Origin: Negativicutes bacterium
GTDB lineage: Bacteria; Bacillota; Negativicutes; UBA1444
Direction: 5' to 3'
Length of the DNA: 64,000 nucleotides
NCBI GenBank assembly: GCA_963665275.2
Contig: CAXXIN010000004.1
Location: 1-64,000 of the forward strand
Positions 28,129 through 39,285 of the stretch are shown piece by piece. The notes under the pieces were generated by a model. It did no database searches. It was not told the origin of the DNA and saw nothing but the letters and a program-made list of their open reading frames with translations. Within the stretch, counting starts at the first letter, position 1. Each line of letters begins with the position of its first letter. Made by a program: the position numbers and the translations under genes.

Positions 28129-29043
28129 CTATTGATTTTCCCTGTCGTCATATCCAAACATCCGCAAACTTCCATCCTTGTTCCGCCAATCTTTTTTCAC
28201 TTTGACCCAAAGGTCAACAAAAAATCGTGAACCGAAAATATTCTCCATTTCAATCCGTGCCTGCTGCCCAATCTCTTTGAGCATAGACCCTCCGCCACCG
28301 ATGATGATGCCTTTTTGAGAATCGCGCTCCACATAGATGGTAGCGCGCAAAAAGACGTCCCCATTGGGACGAGTCTTCATTTCTTCAACTTCAACCGCCG
28401 TCGAATGTGGAATCTCCTCCCGCGTCAGGCGAAATATTTTCTCACGGATCAGTTCGGCCGCCACAATGCGTTCGGGCTGATCCGTGATCTCATCTTCCGG
28501 ATAATACTGGGGCCCCTCAGGTAACGACTCTTTAATCACAGAAAGCAGTCTATCCGTATTGTCGCCGGTAAGCGCCGACACAGGCACCACAGCTGCAAAA
28601 TTTCGGAACCCGGAATATTTCGTTATAATTGGCAACAGCTTTTCTTTGGGCATCAAATCAACCTTGTTCAGAACCAGCACCACCGGCGCCGTCTCGCCCT
28701 CAATCATATCGAGAATGAAACGTTCTCCGGGGCCGACAGATTCAGTCACGTCAGAAACAAACAAGATCAGATCTACTTCCCGCAAGGCGCTTCGGGCGCT
28801 TTTGACCATATATTCGCCGAGCTTGTGCTGTGGCTTATGGATACCGGGTGTATCCAGAAAAAGGATTTGTGCATCTGGCAACGTCAGAATGCCTAAAATG
28901 CGATTCCGGGTTGTTTGCGGTGTATCCGAAACAATGGCAATTTTCTGCCCAACCAGGTGGTTCAGCAATGTAGATTTCCCCACATTGGGCCGCCCGATAA
29001 CCGCTACAAATCCCGATTTATATTTCTTTCCTGACTCACTCAT
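28129..29043 (-). CDS. era: GTPase Era
   Basis: GRPNVGKSTL, PQTTR, DTPG, NKVD, KH domain SQKGIIIG. Confidence 0.97.
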   Translation of the reverse strand: MSESGKKYKSGFVAVIGRPNVGKSTLLNHLVGQKIAIVSDTPQTTRNRILGILTLPDAQILFLDTPGIHKPQHKLGEYMVKSARSALREVDLILFVSDVTESVGPGERFILDMIEGETAPVVLVLNKVDLMPKEKLLPIITKYSGFRNFAAVVPVSALTGDNTDRLLSVIKESLPEGPQYYPEDEITDQPERIVAAELIREKIFRLTREEIPHSTAVEVEEMKTRPNGDVFLRATIYVERDSQKGIIIGGGGSMLKEIGQQARIEMENIFGSRFFVDLWVKVKKDWRNKDGSLRMFGYDDRENQ

Positions 29044-29456
29044 TCTCTGCGGCCCCTTTCCTTATCATCCGATCCAAACGCGTACGGCAATAGCTCGGTC
29101 AATCCAAAAATCTTGTATTCACCAGCCATATTGCATAAAACAACTTCTTGAATGTTAAATTCCCACATTACTTGGCGGCAAGCGCCACAAGGCGCGATAG
29201 GTTCAGCCGTATCAGCCAAGACCAATATTCGCACGAGCCGCGATTCTCCGCAGGAAACCGCATTGAATATCGCGGTACGCTCTGCACAATTTGTTAACCC
29301 GTAGGCTGCGTTTTCCACATTGCAACCGCTGTATATTTTGCCGCTTCCGGCCTCCACCGCCGCCCCTACGGCGAAATTCGAATAAGGAGCGTATGCCTTT
29401 TGGCGTGCTAGCGATGCCGCTTTCAACAATGCATCCGGCACAGCTTCAATCGTCAT
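29040..29456 (-). CDS. cdd: Cytidine deaminase
   Basis: AYAPYSNFAVGAA, GCNVENAAYG..CAERTA, PCGACRQ. Confidence 0.96.
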   Translation of the reverse strand: MTIEAVPDALLKAASLARQKAYAPYSNFAVGAAVEAGSGKIYSGCNVENAAYGLTNCAERTAIFNAVSCGESRLVRILVLADTAEPIAPCGACRQVMWEFNIQEVVLCNMAGEYKIFGLTELLPYAFGSDDKERGRRE

Positions 29457-29932
29457 CGGCCGATCCCTAATGCAGCCAGAATTCTTTTTTCTTCATCCCG
29501 CATAATTTTCTCTGCAGTCGCATCCGTTTCATGGTCATGGCCCAACAGGTGCAACATTCCGTGTACGGCCAGAAAGGAAAGCTCACGCTCAATTGAATGT
29601 CCATATTCTTCCGCCTGTTCAACAGCTTTCTCAATAGATATAACGATATCTCCCAGCATTCGTTCCGAAGGCCCGCCAATCACCGACGGTTCCCCTGTAT
29701 CTTCCGCTTCCTCTTCCATGGGAAAGGAGAGCACGTCAGTAGCTGCATCTTTGCCTCGATAATCGCGATTCATTTCTCGAATCGTTTCGTTATCCACCAC
29801 GAGAACGCTGACTTCTGCGTCCTCCTCCACCTCAAGCAGAGTCGCTGTTTTTTGTAGAACTGTCCGTAGTAGTTCCTCGGTTTTCGATGGCAACGAGAGC
29901 TTTTCCGGTTGCGTATTTATTTCCATTTGCAT
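29453..29932 (-). CDS. ybeY: rRNA maturation endoribonuclease YbeY
   Basis: NRDYRGKDAATDVLSF, LGDIVIS, HGMLHLLGHDH; ATG at 29932 after AAGGAGG, inside the 3' end of pgpH. Confidence 0.95.
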   Translation of the reverse strand: MQMEINTQPEKLSLPSKTEELLRTVLQKTATLLEVEEDAEVSVLVVDNETIREMNRDYRGKDAATDVLSFPMEEEAEDTGEPSVIGGPSERMLGDIVISIEKAVEQAEEYGHSIERELSFLAVHGMLHLLGHDHETDATAEKIMRDEEKRILAALGIGR

Positions 29933-32045
29933 TGCGAGACCGCCTCCTTTCCAGTTCCCTGATGGCATCGGCCGGATATTCTATACGCGAATGGCAGGTG
30001 CTGCAAAGTACACGAACAAATATATCGCCGATGACATTCAGATCGCGCAGCGTTAGATCACATTCATTGAGCTGTCCGTCTCGCAGACGTTCATTAATAA
30101 TACGGCGCACCGTATTTTCAATACGGCTGACATTGGGCTTGGTTATCGCACGAACTGCAGCTTCACAACCGTCTGCCAACATAATCAGTGCCGCTTCCCT
30201 CGTCTGAGGTTTCGGACCTTCGTAGCGAAAATCTTCCTCAATAATACACTCCCCATGTTCGCCTTCCGCAGCCTGTTTGTAAAAATAAGAAACAAGCGAG
30301 GTCCCGTGATGTTGTCCCACAATATCTGCAATCACTTCAGGCAGTTTATGCTCGCGGCAAAACTCCAGACCATCTCGAATATGCGAGGTGATGATCATCG
30401 TTGACAGACTCGGGGACAGTTTCGCGTGAGGATTCTCCATATTTGTCTGGTTTTCAACAAAAAAGTACGGTCGCTGAATTTTACCAACATCGTGATAATA
30501 GGCCCCAACACGTGCAAGAACAGGATCGGCGCCGATCTGGCCCGCCGCTGTTTCGGCCAGATTACCAACCAAAATGCTGTGATAATAGGTACCCGGCGCT
30601 TCCAGCAGCAGCCGTTGAAGTAGAGGATGATTCGGACGCGCCAAATTCAACAACTTTTCCGAAGTAGTAATTCGAAAAGCTTGCTCCAAATAAGGTAGCA
30701 GCCCGATGGAGAGAATCGCTGCCGCAATCCCCCCCACAGCACCCATTAATGAATCAGAGAGGACTTGCCGAAAATCGATTTCTTCAATCAACCCCATCAA
30801 AAATATCGTCGTTGCGTTAGCCAGCGCCACCCACAGGCCTGCACGAACCAGACTATATCCTTGAGTACTTTTGACAACGCTGTAAATACCAGCAGTACTA
30901 CCCAATAAAACAAACGAAACAACTCGCAAATTTTGTTCAGTAATAATCCCAAACAATAATGCGATGACCATCTCCAACATCAGCGCGGCCCGTGGCCCCA
31001 CCAAAATCGCTGTCAGTAATGGGCCCACCGCGATGGGCGTCGCAAAATCCGAATAAACATGTCCGACCCGTGCAATCAACAGTGTCAGCAAGATAACTAA
31101 ACCGACGAGCAACAAGCGTCGATCATCGGCGAACACATCCGGCAAAAACCGCTGGAAGAACAAAAGCAACATGCCCATTACCAACAAAACATATAGAGCA
31201 AGTCCCAAGAGTCGCGCCATTCCCACTTGGGTCCGGTGCAGTCCAAGCTCGCTCATCGTCTGCATCTGCTCTTCTGTTACCACATCGCCCCTGCGCACAA
31301 GTATCTGCCCACTCTTCACAGTGATGCGAACCGGTTCCATTTTTCGCAGTGCGGATTGTCGGCGCAAGTCAGTTTCTCGAACGTTAAGAATGAAATTGGG
31401 TCGTAAATGCGGCAACGTGATATCCAACAGAACCATTACGCCGCTTTCGCCCAGTCCCAGTTTCTCTACATCAGCGGCAGCCTGCTTCCGTACGTTCTCA
31501 ATTTCTTCATCCCTGATCCCCCGATAGAGGTATTTGCGTAACAGGGTCCGGGCGTGCTCCTCGATCTGCTCCAGTTCCGCAGGGGCTAATGTCATCAACA
31601 TTGTCACGGTCTGATCCTGTATGGGACCGGAAATAAGCCCAGAGATGAGCCCTTTGAAACGATTCAGCTTTTCTTCCGGAGTTTTGATCGTTTTATCAGC
31701 CTGAATCGTCCGAATGTTCCGGAAAATACGGCTGATATCTTCTTCCGCAGTAACTGCAGCGCCGATATCAAGGTCATATACATTGGCCACCCCAGCCAAT
31801 ACTTCCGCTTCAAGTTTCTTCGTACGAGGTTCATCAACAAAAGAGACTGTTCGTGGCGCCATAACATCCCTATCGCTGACCTGCCCCACAGAAAGAGAGA
31901 CCATATCCGGCAGAAAATCCATCGACAGTAATACGGTATTCAATACAAAAAACAACAAAAATAAAACGATCTTGCGAAAGGGAGAATGCTCTTTCGCTGT
32001 CGCCGATTCTGTGAAAAAAGAATCTATTTGATTCCAAAATCCCAT
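29832..32045 (-). CDS. pgpH: 7TMR-HD c-di-AMP phosphodiesterase PgpH/YqfF family
   Basis: Extracellular domain plus 7 TM plus HD domain: EAPGTYYHS, YYHDVGK, HHGT, FRYEGPKPQTREAA, LADGCEAA. Confidence 0.88.
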   Translation of the reverse strand: MGFWNQIDSFFTESATAKEHSPFRKIVLFLLFFVLNTVLLSMDFLPDMVSLSVGQVSDRDVMAPRTVSFVDEPRTKKLEAEVLAGVANVYDLDIGAAVTAEEDISRIFRNIRTIQADKTIKTPEEKLNRFKGLISGLISGPIQDQTVTMLMTLAPAELEQIEEHARTLLRKYLYRGIRDEEIENVRKQAAADVEKLGLGESGVMVLLDITLPHLRPNFILNVRETDLRRQSALRKMEPVRITVKSGQILVRRGDVVTEEQMQTMSELGLHRTQVGMARLLGLALYVLLVMGMLLLFFQRFLPDVFADDRRLLLVGLVILLTLLIARVGHVYSDFATPIAVGPLLTAILVGPRAALMLEMVIALLFGIITEQNLRVVSFVLLGSTAGIYSVVKSTQGYSLVRAGLWVALANATTIFLMGLIEEIDFRQVLSDSLMGAVGGIAAAILSIGLLPYLEQAFRITTSEKLLNLARPNHPLLQRLLLEAPGTYYHSILVGNLAETAAGQIGADPVLARVGAYYHDVGKIQRPYFFVENQTNMENPHAKLSPSLSTMIITSHIRDGLEFCREHKLPEVIADIVGQHHGTSLVSYFYKQAAEGEHGECIIEEDFRYEGPKPQTREAALIMLADGCEAAVRAITKPNVSRIENTVRRIINERLRDGQLNECDLTLRDLNVIGDIFVRVLCSTCHSRIEYPADAIRELERRRSRNANGNKYATGKALVAIENRGTTTDSSTKNSDSA

Positions 32046-32104
32046 ATTATAGCTCCTGCCATATCTGATCGATTATCAGAGGATGAGTCTGCCAATCGGC
32101 GTTA

Positions 32105-32545
32105 CTATTCACCGATATATTTCACGTGCATTTTTTTGAGACACGTGTCCATCACAAACAACAATCCGGCATCAGCGGCAAGATCACCAGCAGTCTGATT
32201 AACCACCTCTTCTTGGAGCCAAAGCACTTTGGCTCTGATTGCAATGGCATCGCGGGCGATCTCTTCGCAATCTTCCGAACGACGAAAAACATCGACAATA
32301 TCGACTGGGCGACCGATTTCTTGCAAGGACTCAACGACGGGCCGCCCCAGGATCTCACCCCCGCCAGGTCTCACAGGAATTACGTCATAGCCATGCTCGA
32401 TCAAATATTTACCAACTCGAAAGCTCGGCCGATCTTCTTGCGGTGACATCCCAACCACCGCAATCGTTTTCATCGCCAATACCGTACGCACCTTTTTCTC
32501 AAAATCGGTACAATCCAATTCTTCTCCACGTCTGCAGTCTTCCAA
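32105..32545 (-). CDS. CoA-binding protein (YccU/YneT-like)
   Basis: TIAVVGMS..RPSFRV..YL, DIVDVFRRSE, LWLQ, MDTC. Confidence 0.9.
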   Translation of the reverse strand: MEDCRRGEELDCTDFEKKVRTVLAMKTIAVVGMSPQEDRPSFRVGKYLIEHGYDVIPVRPGGGEILGRPVVESLQEIGRPVDIVDVFRRSEDCEEIARDAIAIRAKVLWLQEEVVNQTAGDLAADAGLLFVMDTCLKKMHVKYIGE

Positions 32546-32546
32546 C

Positions 32547-32948
32547 TCATAACCTCCTTATGCCACGCCGCATCGGACGCAGCGCAACCGGTGGTGCAAT
32601 AATTTCCGCCCAGACGACTCCTAATGCAGCTCCATTGGCACCCCAAGTTTGCTCCTTAGATTGTTCTGCCACAAAGGGTTTTCCCTCTGACGCCAAGGAT
32701 TCTGAAGGCATTCTCCAAAAGGGGTCCCCTTCGTCACCAGGCATGCCTTCTCCTGACATGGCCGGTACCGGCGGCGGCTTGAGACCGCGCGAAAGCTCTC
32801 CGGGAATCCCTGCGGGTCCCGGCTCTCCCGGAGGCTGAGTTGGCGGAAACTCCGGATACTGATAAGGCTTCTTCGGTTTCAACCGTTTCAGAATCTCAGG
32901 AATAACATACATAGCAATTAACGCAATGATTAATAACCCACTGTCCAT
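32547..32948 (-). CDS. Membrane-anchored Pro/Gly-rich hypothetical protein (YqfB position)
   Basis: N-terminal TM; C-terminal GVVWAEIIAPPVALR motif; directly downstream of floA. Confidence 0.65.
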   Translation of the reverse strand: MDSGLLIIALIAMYVIPEILKRLKPKKPYQYPEFPPTQPPGEPGPAGIPGELSRGLKPPPVPAMSGEGMPGDEGDPFWRMPSESLASEGKPFVAEQSKEQTWGANGAALGVVWAEIIAPPVALRPMRRGIRRL

Positions 32949-32957
32949 AATGAACGC

Positions 32958-33956
32958 CTAGCGCTTGGGTTCTTCGGGTTTGATCGGTACTGTGCCTGGT
33001 TTTGCAATATTTTCCCGCATACTGGTATCAGCCAGTACATTGTTCATCGTATAGTAATCCATAACGCCCAGTTTGCCTTCGCGCAATGCAAACGCCAGAG
33101 CCTGAGGTACTTCGGCCTGTGCTTCCACCACTTTTGCCTGCATTTCCTGTGTCCGGGCTTTCATCTCCTGTTCATGCGCTACCGCCATGGCCCGCCGTTC
33201 TTCAGCTTTGGCCTGGGCGACCCGTTTTTCAGCTTCTGCCTGTTCAGTCATCAATTGTGCGCCGATATTGCGACCCACATCGACATCGGCAATATCGATG
33301 GAGAGAATCTCAAAGGCCGTCCCTGCATCGAGTCCTTTGGCTAGAACCGTGCGCGAAATATGATCGGGGTTCTCCAGCACATCCTTGTGATCGATCGCTG
33401 AACCGACACTAGTTACGATCCCTTCACCAACACGGGCAATGATGGTCGCTTCGCCGGCGCCGCCAACCAAGCGGTCAATATTCGTCCGCACGGTCACACG
33501 CGCTTTAACTTTCAATTCGATGCCGTTTTTGGCCACTGCAGAGACCACCGGAGTCTCAATAACCCGCGGGATTACACTCATCTGGACTGCTTCCAGAACA
33601 TTCCGCCCAGCCAGGTCAATCGCGCAGGAGCGTTCAAGTGACAGAGGAATCTGCGCCCGGGCCGCCGCAATCATAGAATCAATCACGCGATCAACATTGC
33701 CGCCAGCAAGAAAATGGGCTTCGAGTTGATTCACGTTAACATCCAGCCCGGCTTTATTCGCTTTGATTAGGGGTAGCACGATCTGCGCAGGCGGAACCCG
33801 CCGCAACCGCATGCCAACCAATGTAAAGATTCCAACGCTGGATCCAGCGGCCGCCGCGGAAATCCACAATCCAATCGGCACAAAATGCAGGAACAGGCCC
33901 ACAACAACAAAAAATACCACCAACACAAACAAACTGCTAATCAAGGTAGTAACCAT
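32958..33956 (-). CDS. floA: Flotillin-like protein FloA (YqfA)
   Basis: [58 protein letters not shown]. Confidence 0.95.
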   Translation of the reverse strand: MVTTLISSLFVLVVFFVVVGLFLHFVPIGLWISAAAAGSSVGIFTLVGMRLRRVPPAQIVLPLIKANKAGLDVNVNQLEAHFLAGGNVDRVIDSMIAAARAQIPLSLERSCAIDLAGRNVLEAVQMSVIPRVIETPVVSAVAKNGIELKVKARVTVRTNIDRLVGGAGEATIIARVGEGIVTSVGSAIDHKDVLENPDHISRTVLAKGLDAGTAFEILSIDIADVDVGRNIGAQLMTEQAEAEKRVAQAKAEERRAMAVAHEQEMKARTQEMQAKVVEAQAEVPQALAFALREGKLGVMDYYTMNNVLADTSMRENIAKPGTVPIKPEEPKR

Positions 33957-33978
33957 TAATTCAGCCTCCTTCTTGTTT

Positions 33979-35291
33979 TCATTTCAATTCCTCGATGGCC
34001 CTCACAACAATACGGTTTCCATTTACACTAAGCACCCTGATACGGGCTCCCGGTTCGACAAAACGTCCTTCAGACACTACATCATAAACCATCCCGTCGA
34101 TCTCAACCGTCCCAGCCGGACGCAGGAACGTCAGCACAATACCCTCCTTGTCAGCCAAAGAGCTTAGATTAACGCTGGAAGTGTAGCCGCTGTCAGTCTT
34201 TTGTTCATCCTTCAATGTCAACCGATGCCAAAGTTTCGAAGTGGGCAGATATCTGAGCAGGACCAGGAAGCAACCGTTGCTGCGATCGTTCCGCCGGCCA
34301 TGATGTTCAGCGCGCCGATGCCCCCGCCCAACGTTAAAAATAAACTGAATAGAACGCAGGCAATGCCGGCGATGCCAAAAACTCCGAATCCTGGAATAAA
34401 TAATTCGATAGCCAACAAAATCAAGCCCGCAAGAAACAGCAAAACTTCCACCCAGGTTGCCACCCCCGTTATCCATTGAGTGCCGAAGAACAATGCCGTA
34501 GCCAGAATTCCAATCAAAGCCGCAACACCGGTTCCAGCAGTCTTGATTTCCGTCATAACCGCCAGGAAAATAATGCCCACCAAGGCTGATTTAACCAAAG
34601 GATCAGATAACCAGCCAGCGATTCTCTCAGCCCATCCAGCCTGAACCTCTATCACCGGGACGCCTTGCAGGCCATAATGGTTGAGCACCGCTGCCCGTTC
34701 CGGCGCCACAAGATCAGCATATCCGACTTCGACCGCCTGAACATCCGTCAGTGACAGAATCTTGCCGGGCGAAGCATATTGGCCGTACCCCAGTGTTTTA
34801 TCGACCATTGCTTCCGCCACTTTTGGGTTTCTGCCCATCTTAGCAGCCGTAGCTGCAAATTCAGCGCGAACTGCCGATACAGTTTTTTCCGTAGTCGGGA
34901 TCGGTTCCGCAGCCCCCATTGATCCACCAGGCGCCATGACAATATGCTGGTGTGAAATGGCGATCAATGCTCCCGCAGACCACGCCCGGTTTTTAACATA
35001 ACAAATGGTACGCAGCTTCGAATCGCTGATCATGTCGCGAATCTTCACGGCCGCATCCACCTGACCGCCGAAAGTCTCGATTTCAACGAGCAAGGTTCCT
35101 GCATTCTTATCCGCCGCTTCACCAAGAGCCTTGTAGACCAATGCGGTCTGTCCGGCATCAATTTCCCCCTGGATCGATACCACCACCACCGGGGAGGAAT
35201 CTGCAGCCGTTGCAGGCAAAGGGATCAGGACCGAAAAAAGGACAAACAGAAGCAGCGTAAAATAGTGCATACTGGAAAGTTTTCGACCCAC
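33979..35291 (-). CDS. NfeD-like membrane serine protease (YqeZ), split by one frameshift near 34268
   Basis: [39 protein letters not shown] in one frame; C-terminal OB domain [17 protein letters not shown] in another; one extra T at GCT-TTC would join them. Confidence 0.85.
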
Positions 35292-35323
35292 GTTACCGCC
35301 CCTTCCAAAACCCTTTCTCATTA

Positions 35324-35352
35324 GTATTCGCCATCCCAGCCAACATTCCTTT
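35324..35352 (-). promoter_or_regulatory. SigmaH-like promoter for the nfeD-floA operon
   Basis: AAAGGAATG-N11-GGCGAATAC. Confidence 0.6.
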
Positions 35353-35374
35353 TGAATAGACCTGATGAGATATG

Positions 35375-35407
35375 AAAAAAGCCGGCGTTTTCAAAACGCC
35401 GGCTTTT
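35375..35407 (-). terminator. Terminator after rpsU-yqeY
   Basis: AAAAGCCGGCGTTT/AAACGCCGGCTTTT hairpin with a T6 tail. Confidence 0.8.
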
Positions 35408-35432
35408 CAGATCGAAAAACACATCTTGCTAT

Positions 35433-35882
35433 TTAACTTAGCATTTCTTTGACGACTGAGTTAACTAGTTTCCCGTCCGCCCGACCTTTAACCTTTGGCA
35501 TTAGGATAGCCATGACTTTCCCCATGTCTTTGGGAGTGCTGGCATGCGCTTCGGCGACCGCTTCCGCCACCAAGGCCCGGACTTCCGACTCGCCCATTTG
35601 TTCCGGCAAATACTGCATCAAGATTGCGATTTCCTGCTCCAAAGTTGCAAGCAATTCTGGGCGATCTGCTTTACGGAACTCTTCCAGAGAATCCTTCCGC
35701 ATCTTGACTTCTTTAGCCACCACGTCGAGCAGTTCGTTGTCATCGAGTTCCTTGTGCCGATCGATTTCAAGATACTTAGCCGCCGAACGGACCATACGAA
35801 TTACAGACAGCTTGAGCTTGCCTGCCTCCTTGTCCTTCATCGCCTGCTTCATGTCTTCTGTCAATCGGTCCCTGAGTGTCAT
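35433..35882 (-). CDS. GatB/YqeY domain protein
   Basis: DMKQAMK, KEVKMRKDSLEEF, YLPEQ, KDMGKVM..KGRADGK. Confidence 0.93.
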   Translation of the reverse strand: MTLRDRLTEDMKQAMKDKEAGKLKLSVIRMVRSAAKYLEIDRHKELDDNELLDVVAKEVKMRKDSLEEFRKADRPELLATLEQEIAILMQYLPEQMGESEVRALVAEAVAEAHASTPKDMGKVMAILMPKVKGRADGKLVNSVVKEMLS

Positions 35883-35898
35883 CGCTGGTTCCTCCGAA

Positions 35899-36075
35899 TC
35901 ACTTGAACTTCCGTTTGCGTGCAGCTTCAGACTTCTTCTTCTTCTTCACGCTCGGCTTATCATAGTGCTCGTGTTTGCGTACATCAGCCAATACCCCGGA
36001 TTTCTGACAGGAGCGTTTGAACCGGCGCAGCGCGCTATCCAGTGTTTCATTTTTTCCAACATAGACTTCCGACAA
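35899..36075 (-). CDS. rpsU: 30S ribosomal protein S21
   Basis: [44 protein letters not shown]; TTG start after GGAGGGAGG. Confidence 0.96.
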   Translation of the reverse strand: MSEVYVGKNETLDSALRRFKRSCQKSGVLADVRKHEHYDKPSVKKKKKSEAARKRKFK

Positions 36076-36133
36076 TTGTTCTCCCTCCCTCCACATCAGC
36101 CTTCGGGGGGTGTAACTATTTCTTACCAGCAGA

Positions 36134-36163
36134 ATTATACACGACAAAGGCAGTACTTGTCAA
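36134..36163 (-). promoter_or_regulatory. SigA promoter of rpsU
   Basis: TTGACA-N18-TATAAT. Confidence 0.85.
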
Positions 36164-36197
36164 ATGAAAGCTGATAATTATGAGGAGGTCAGCCCCT

Positions 36198-36476
36198 ATG
36201 AGGCATACAGCACCGCGGCAATCGGCAGATCAGCTTTGGAAAAGTCTCATTTGCAAAGCACCTCGCGAATTTCTCACGACAGGCAGTTCGACGGTGTTTC
36301 TCCCTGTTCGGGCTTCCCGCACGAGAACTCCCATTTTAACGCAAGCTTATCCACGGCTACCCGCTGGAAATCAATATTTTTTCTACCCAACATCGAATTT
36401 ATGTGTGCAGTTTCGCCTCATCACACAGAAGCCGCCACGCAGCGCTCCCCATGCCGAGCATCTTTGTTTGCACTGA
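36198..36476 (+). CDS. Possible 92-aa orphan basic protein
   Basis: GAGGAGG RBS 9 nt before ATG; fills the rpsU-gcvPB gap and stops 1 nt from the gcvPB stop; no recognisable motif. Confidence 0.35.
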   Translation: MRHTAPRQSADQLWKSLICKAPREFLTTGSSTVFLPVRASRTRTPILTQAYPRLPAGNQYFFYPTSNLCVQFRLITQKPPRSAPHAEHLCLH

Positions 36477-36477
36477 C

Positions 36478-37935
36478 TTATACAGGCTTCCATCGCAGAT
36501 TGGGTTTGCGGGCTGCCGTAGCCTCATCCAGCCGCCCCACTACCGTTGTGGACGGTGCCTGTTTGATCAGGTCGGGATTCGTTGTTGCTTCTTCAGCAAT
36601 CTGCCGCATGATGGCAATGAAAGTATCGAGAGTCTCCAGACTTTCCGTCTCCGTCGGCTCGATCATCAGCGCCTCCTCCACAATCAACGGAAAATAGATG
36701 GTTGGCGGATGGACTCCATAGTCTAGCAAACGCTTCGCAATATCCAGGGTTTTGATACCTTGAGGGTTTTGTTTTTTCGACGTGAGAACACATTCGTGCA
36801 TGCAGTAGCGGTCAAATGGCGCATGATATACTTCCCGCAGCCGAGCTAGGCAGTAGTTGGCATTGAGTACCGCATCCTCGCTCGCCTGCCGCAGTCCCGC
36901 CGCCCCCATTGAAAGGATGTACGCATAAGCCCGGATGAGCACGCCAAAATTGCCGTAAAAGACATGCATGCGGCCGATCGAGAGCGGCCTCTGCGTATCG
37001 AAGCAATATAGGCCCTCTTCATTTTGCACAACGACCGGAATCGGCAGGAAAGGTTCGAGGATTTTTTTAACTCCCACCGGTCCCGCTCCCGGCCCGCCGC
37101 CGCCATGCGGCGTACTGAACGTTTTGTGCAGGTTGAAGTGCACCACGTCGAACCCCATATCACCCGGCCTTGTCAGCCCCATAATGGCGTTGGCGTTAGC
37201 GCCGTCGTAGTACACCAATCCTCCTGCGGCGTGCACGATTTCTGTCACCGCGCAGATATTCTTTTCAAACAAACCAAGCGTACTGGGATTAGTCAGCATC
37301 AAAGCCGCCGTATTGGGTCCCACGACAGCCCGCAAGGCTTCCAGATCGATCGCTCCGTCCGGATGCGACTTGATCTCCACAACCTCCATCCCACAAACGG
37401 TTACAGAGGCTGGATTGGTCCCGTGAGCGGAGTCAGGCACGATGACCTGCGTCCGATTTTGTCCGTGATGCCGGTGATAGGCTCTGATCAGCTTCAGCCC
37501 CGTGAGTTCTCCATGCGCACCGGCAGCCGGCTGCAAAGTGACTGCATCCATCCCTCCTATTTCAGACAGCATCGTCTGCAAATCAAACATCAGCTTTAAA
37601 GCGCCCTGTGTATCCCGCACATCTTCCAGGGGGTGCAGACCAGCCAGTCCCGGCAGAGCCGCAACATCCTCGTTGATTTTCGGATTGTACTTCATGGTGC
37701 AGGAACCGAGGGGATAAAAGCCGGAATCCACCCCAAACGTCCGCTGGGACAATTCGGTAAAGTGGCGTACCAAGTCAAGTTGACTGACTTCCGGCAAGTC
37801 TGCCGGATCCTTTCGCAAGAAAGCGGCAGGAATCAAGGAAGACAAGGTTTCCACCGGCACGTCCGAGACAGGCAGATCGACCGCCCGGCGACCAGAACGA
37901 CTTCGTTCAAAGATCAAGGCTGCAGAACGTCTCAT
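36478..37935 (-). CDS. gcvPB: Glycine dehydrogenase (decarboxylating) subunit 2
   Basis: [56 protein letters not shown]. Confidence 0.96.
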   Translation of the reverse strand: MRRSAALIFERSRSGRRAVDLPVSDVPVETLSSLIPAAFLRKDPADLPEVSQLDLVRHFTELSQRTFGVDSGFYPLGSCTMKYNPKINEDVAALPGLAGLHPLEDVRDTQGALKLMFDLQTMLSEIGGMDAVTLQPAAGAHGELTGLKLIRAYHRHHGQNRTQVIVPDSAHGTNPASVTVCGMEVVEIKSHPDGAIDLEALRAVVGPNTAALMLTNPSTLGLFEKNICAVTEIVHAAGGLVYYDGANANAIMGLTRPGDMGFDVVHFNLHKTFSTPHGGGGPGAGPVGVKKILEPFLPIPVVVQNEEGLYCFDTQRPLSIGRMHVFYGNFGVLIRAYAYILSMGAAGLRQASEDAVLNANYCLARLREVYHAPFDRYCMHECVLTSKKQNPQGIKTLDIAKRLLDYGVHPPTIYFPLIVEEALMIEPTETESLETLDTFIAIMRQIAEEATTNPDLIKQAPSTTVVGRLDEATAARKPNLRWKPV

Positions 37936-39284
37936 GCCGACACCTCCTTCAATAAGCCTGCCAACAGTTCAATTTCGTCGCGGGTTCGTTTTTCTGTCAC
38001 TGCAGTCAGCATGCAACCCTCAAGTTCGGGATAGTATTTGCCGAGATCCAGTCCGGCCACAACCCCCGCCTCTCGCAACTCAGTGTTCAGTTCTGAAGGC
38101 GAAATCGGACAACGGACAACAAATTCATTGAAGAACGGCTGTGAAAAAACCGGCTCGAACCCCGGCACGTCCAAGATTGTTTTTCGCGCAAAATATGCTT
38201 TTTGCAGACATAACTCCGACACCTGCCGGATCCCCTGTCGCCCCAGCGCGGACAGGTACACCACCACCGCCAGAGAGCAAAGAGCTTCGTTGGAACAGAT
38301 ATTGGAAGTGGCCTTGTCTCTGCGGATATGCTGCTCTCGTGCTTGGATCGTTAGAACGAATCCTCTCGTTCCCTCATGATCGACGGTCTGCCCGACGATA
38401 CGTCCCGGCGTGCGCCGCAGCCATTTGTCCCTTGTCGCCAAAAAACCGATATAGGGTCCGCCGAAAGATACCGGCAAACCCATCGCCTGCCCTTCCCCCA
38501 CAACGATATCCGCGCCGAGGACGCCGGGCGATTCGAGCACACCAAGAGAGATCGGATTGACGGCTGCGATGAACAACGCCCCCCCTGCTTGCGCGTTCCG
38601 AGCAAGCTGCCTCAAATCTTCGATGCAACCAAAGAAATTCGGACTCTGGCAGATGACCGCCGCTGTTTTATCATTGACTTGAGACGCCAGGACTTCAGGA
38701 GAAGTCACGCCATCCAAATATTCGACCGTCCGAATTGTTATGTCGCGATCCCGTGCGTAGGTTACCAGCACATCTCGCCAGTGCGGATGAACAGTGTTGG
38801 AAATCAGGATTTCATTGCGTCCGGTGATACTGCAGGCCATCATGGCTGCCTCCGCCATGGCTGTCGAACCATCATAAAGCGAGGTCACCGCCATCTCCAT
38901 ACCGGTTAGCAGGCAGATCAGGCTTTGATACTCCCACAGCGCCTGCAAATACCCCTGTGATATTTCCGGCTGATACTGAGTATAAGCGGTCAGAAACTCG
39001 GACCGGCCGACAATGTGCTTCACCACACTGGGCACGTAATGATCATACGCTCCGGCGCCAAGAAAATAAAGAGATTCCTCAAAATCCCTGTCCTGCAGCG
39101 CCAGTTCCTGAATATGCGATTTCAGATCCATTTCGGACAAGGCAGGCGGCAAGTTCAGCGGTCGCGTCATCCGCACATCGGCCGGAATATCCACGAATAG
39201 CTCTTCCACCGATTTGACGCCGATCGCATCGAGCATCGCGCGCCGATCCTCCTCCGTATGGGGAAGATAGCTCCACTCGTTCAC
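37932..39284 (-). CDS. gcvPA: Glycine dehydrogenase (decarboxylating) subunit 1
   Basis: [49 protein letters not shown]. Confidence 0.96.
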   Translation of the reverse strand: MNEWSYLPHTEEDRRAMLDAIGVKSVEELFVDIPADVRMTRPLNLPPALSEMDLKSHIQELALQDRDFEESLYFLGAGAYDHYVPSVVKHIVGRSEFLTAYTQYQPEISQGYLQALWEYQSLICLLTGMEMAVTSLYDGSTAMAEAAMMACSITGRNEILISNTVHPHWRDVLVTYARDRDITIRTVEYLDGVTSPEVLASQVNDKTAAVICQSPNFFGCIEDLRQLARNAQAGGALFIAAVNPISLGVLESPGVLGADIVVGEGQAMGLPVSFGGPYIGFLATRDKWLRRTPGRIVGQTVDHEGTRGFVLTIQAREQHIRRDKATSNICSNEALCSLAVVVYLSALGRQGIRQVSELCLQKAYFARKTILDVPGFEPVFSQPFFNEFVVRCPISPSELNTELREAGVVAGLDLGKYYPELEGCMLTAVTEKRTRDEIELLAGLLKEVSA

Positions 39285-39285
39285 G

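Noticed and set aside
36164-36477. 6S RNA or other structured ncRNA in the rpsU-gcvPB gap
   Set aside because: I could not find the long closing stem with a central bubble or the conserved 6S motifs by eye. An Rfam cmscan would be needed.
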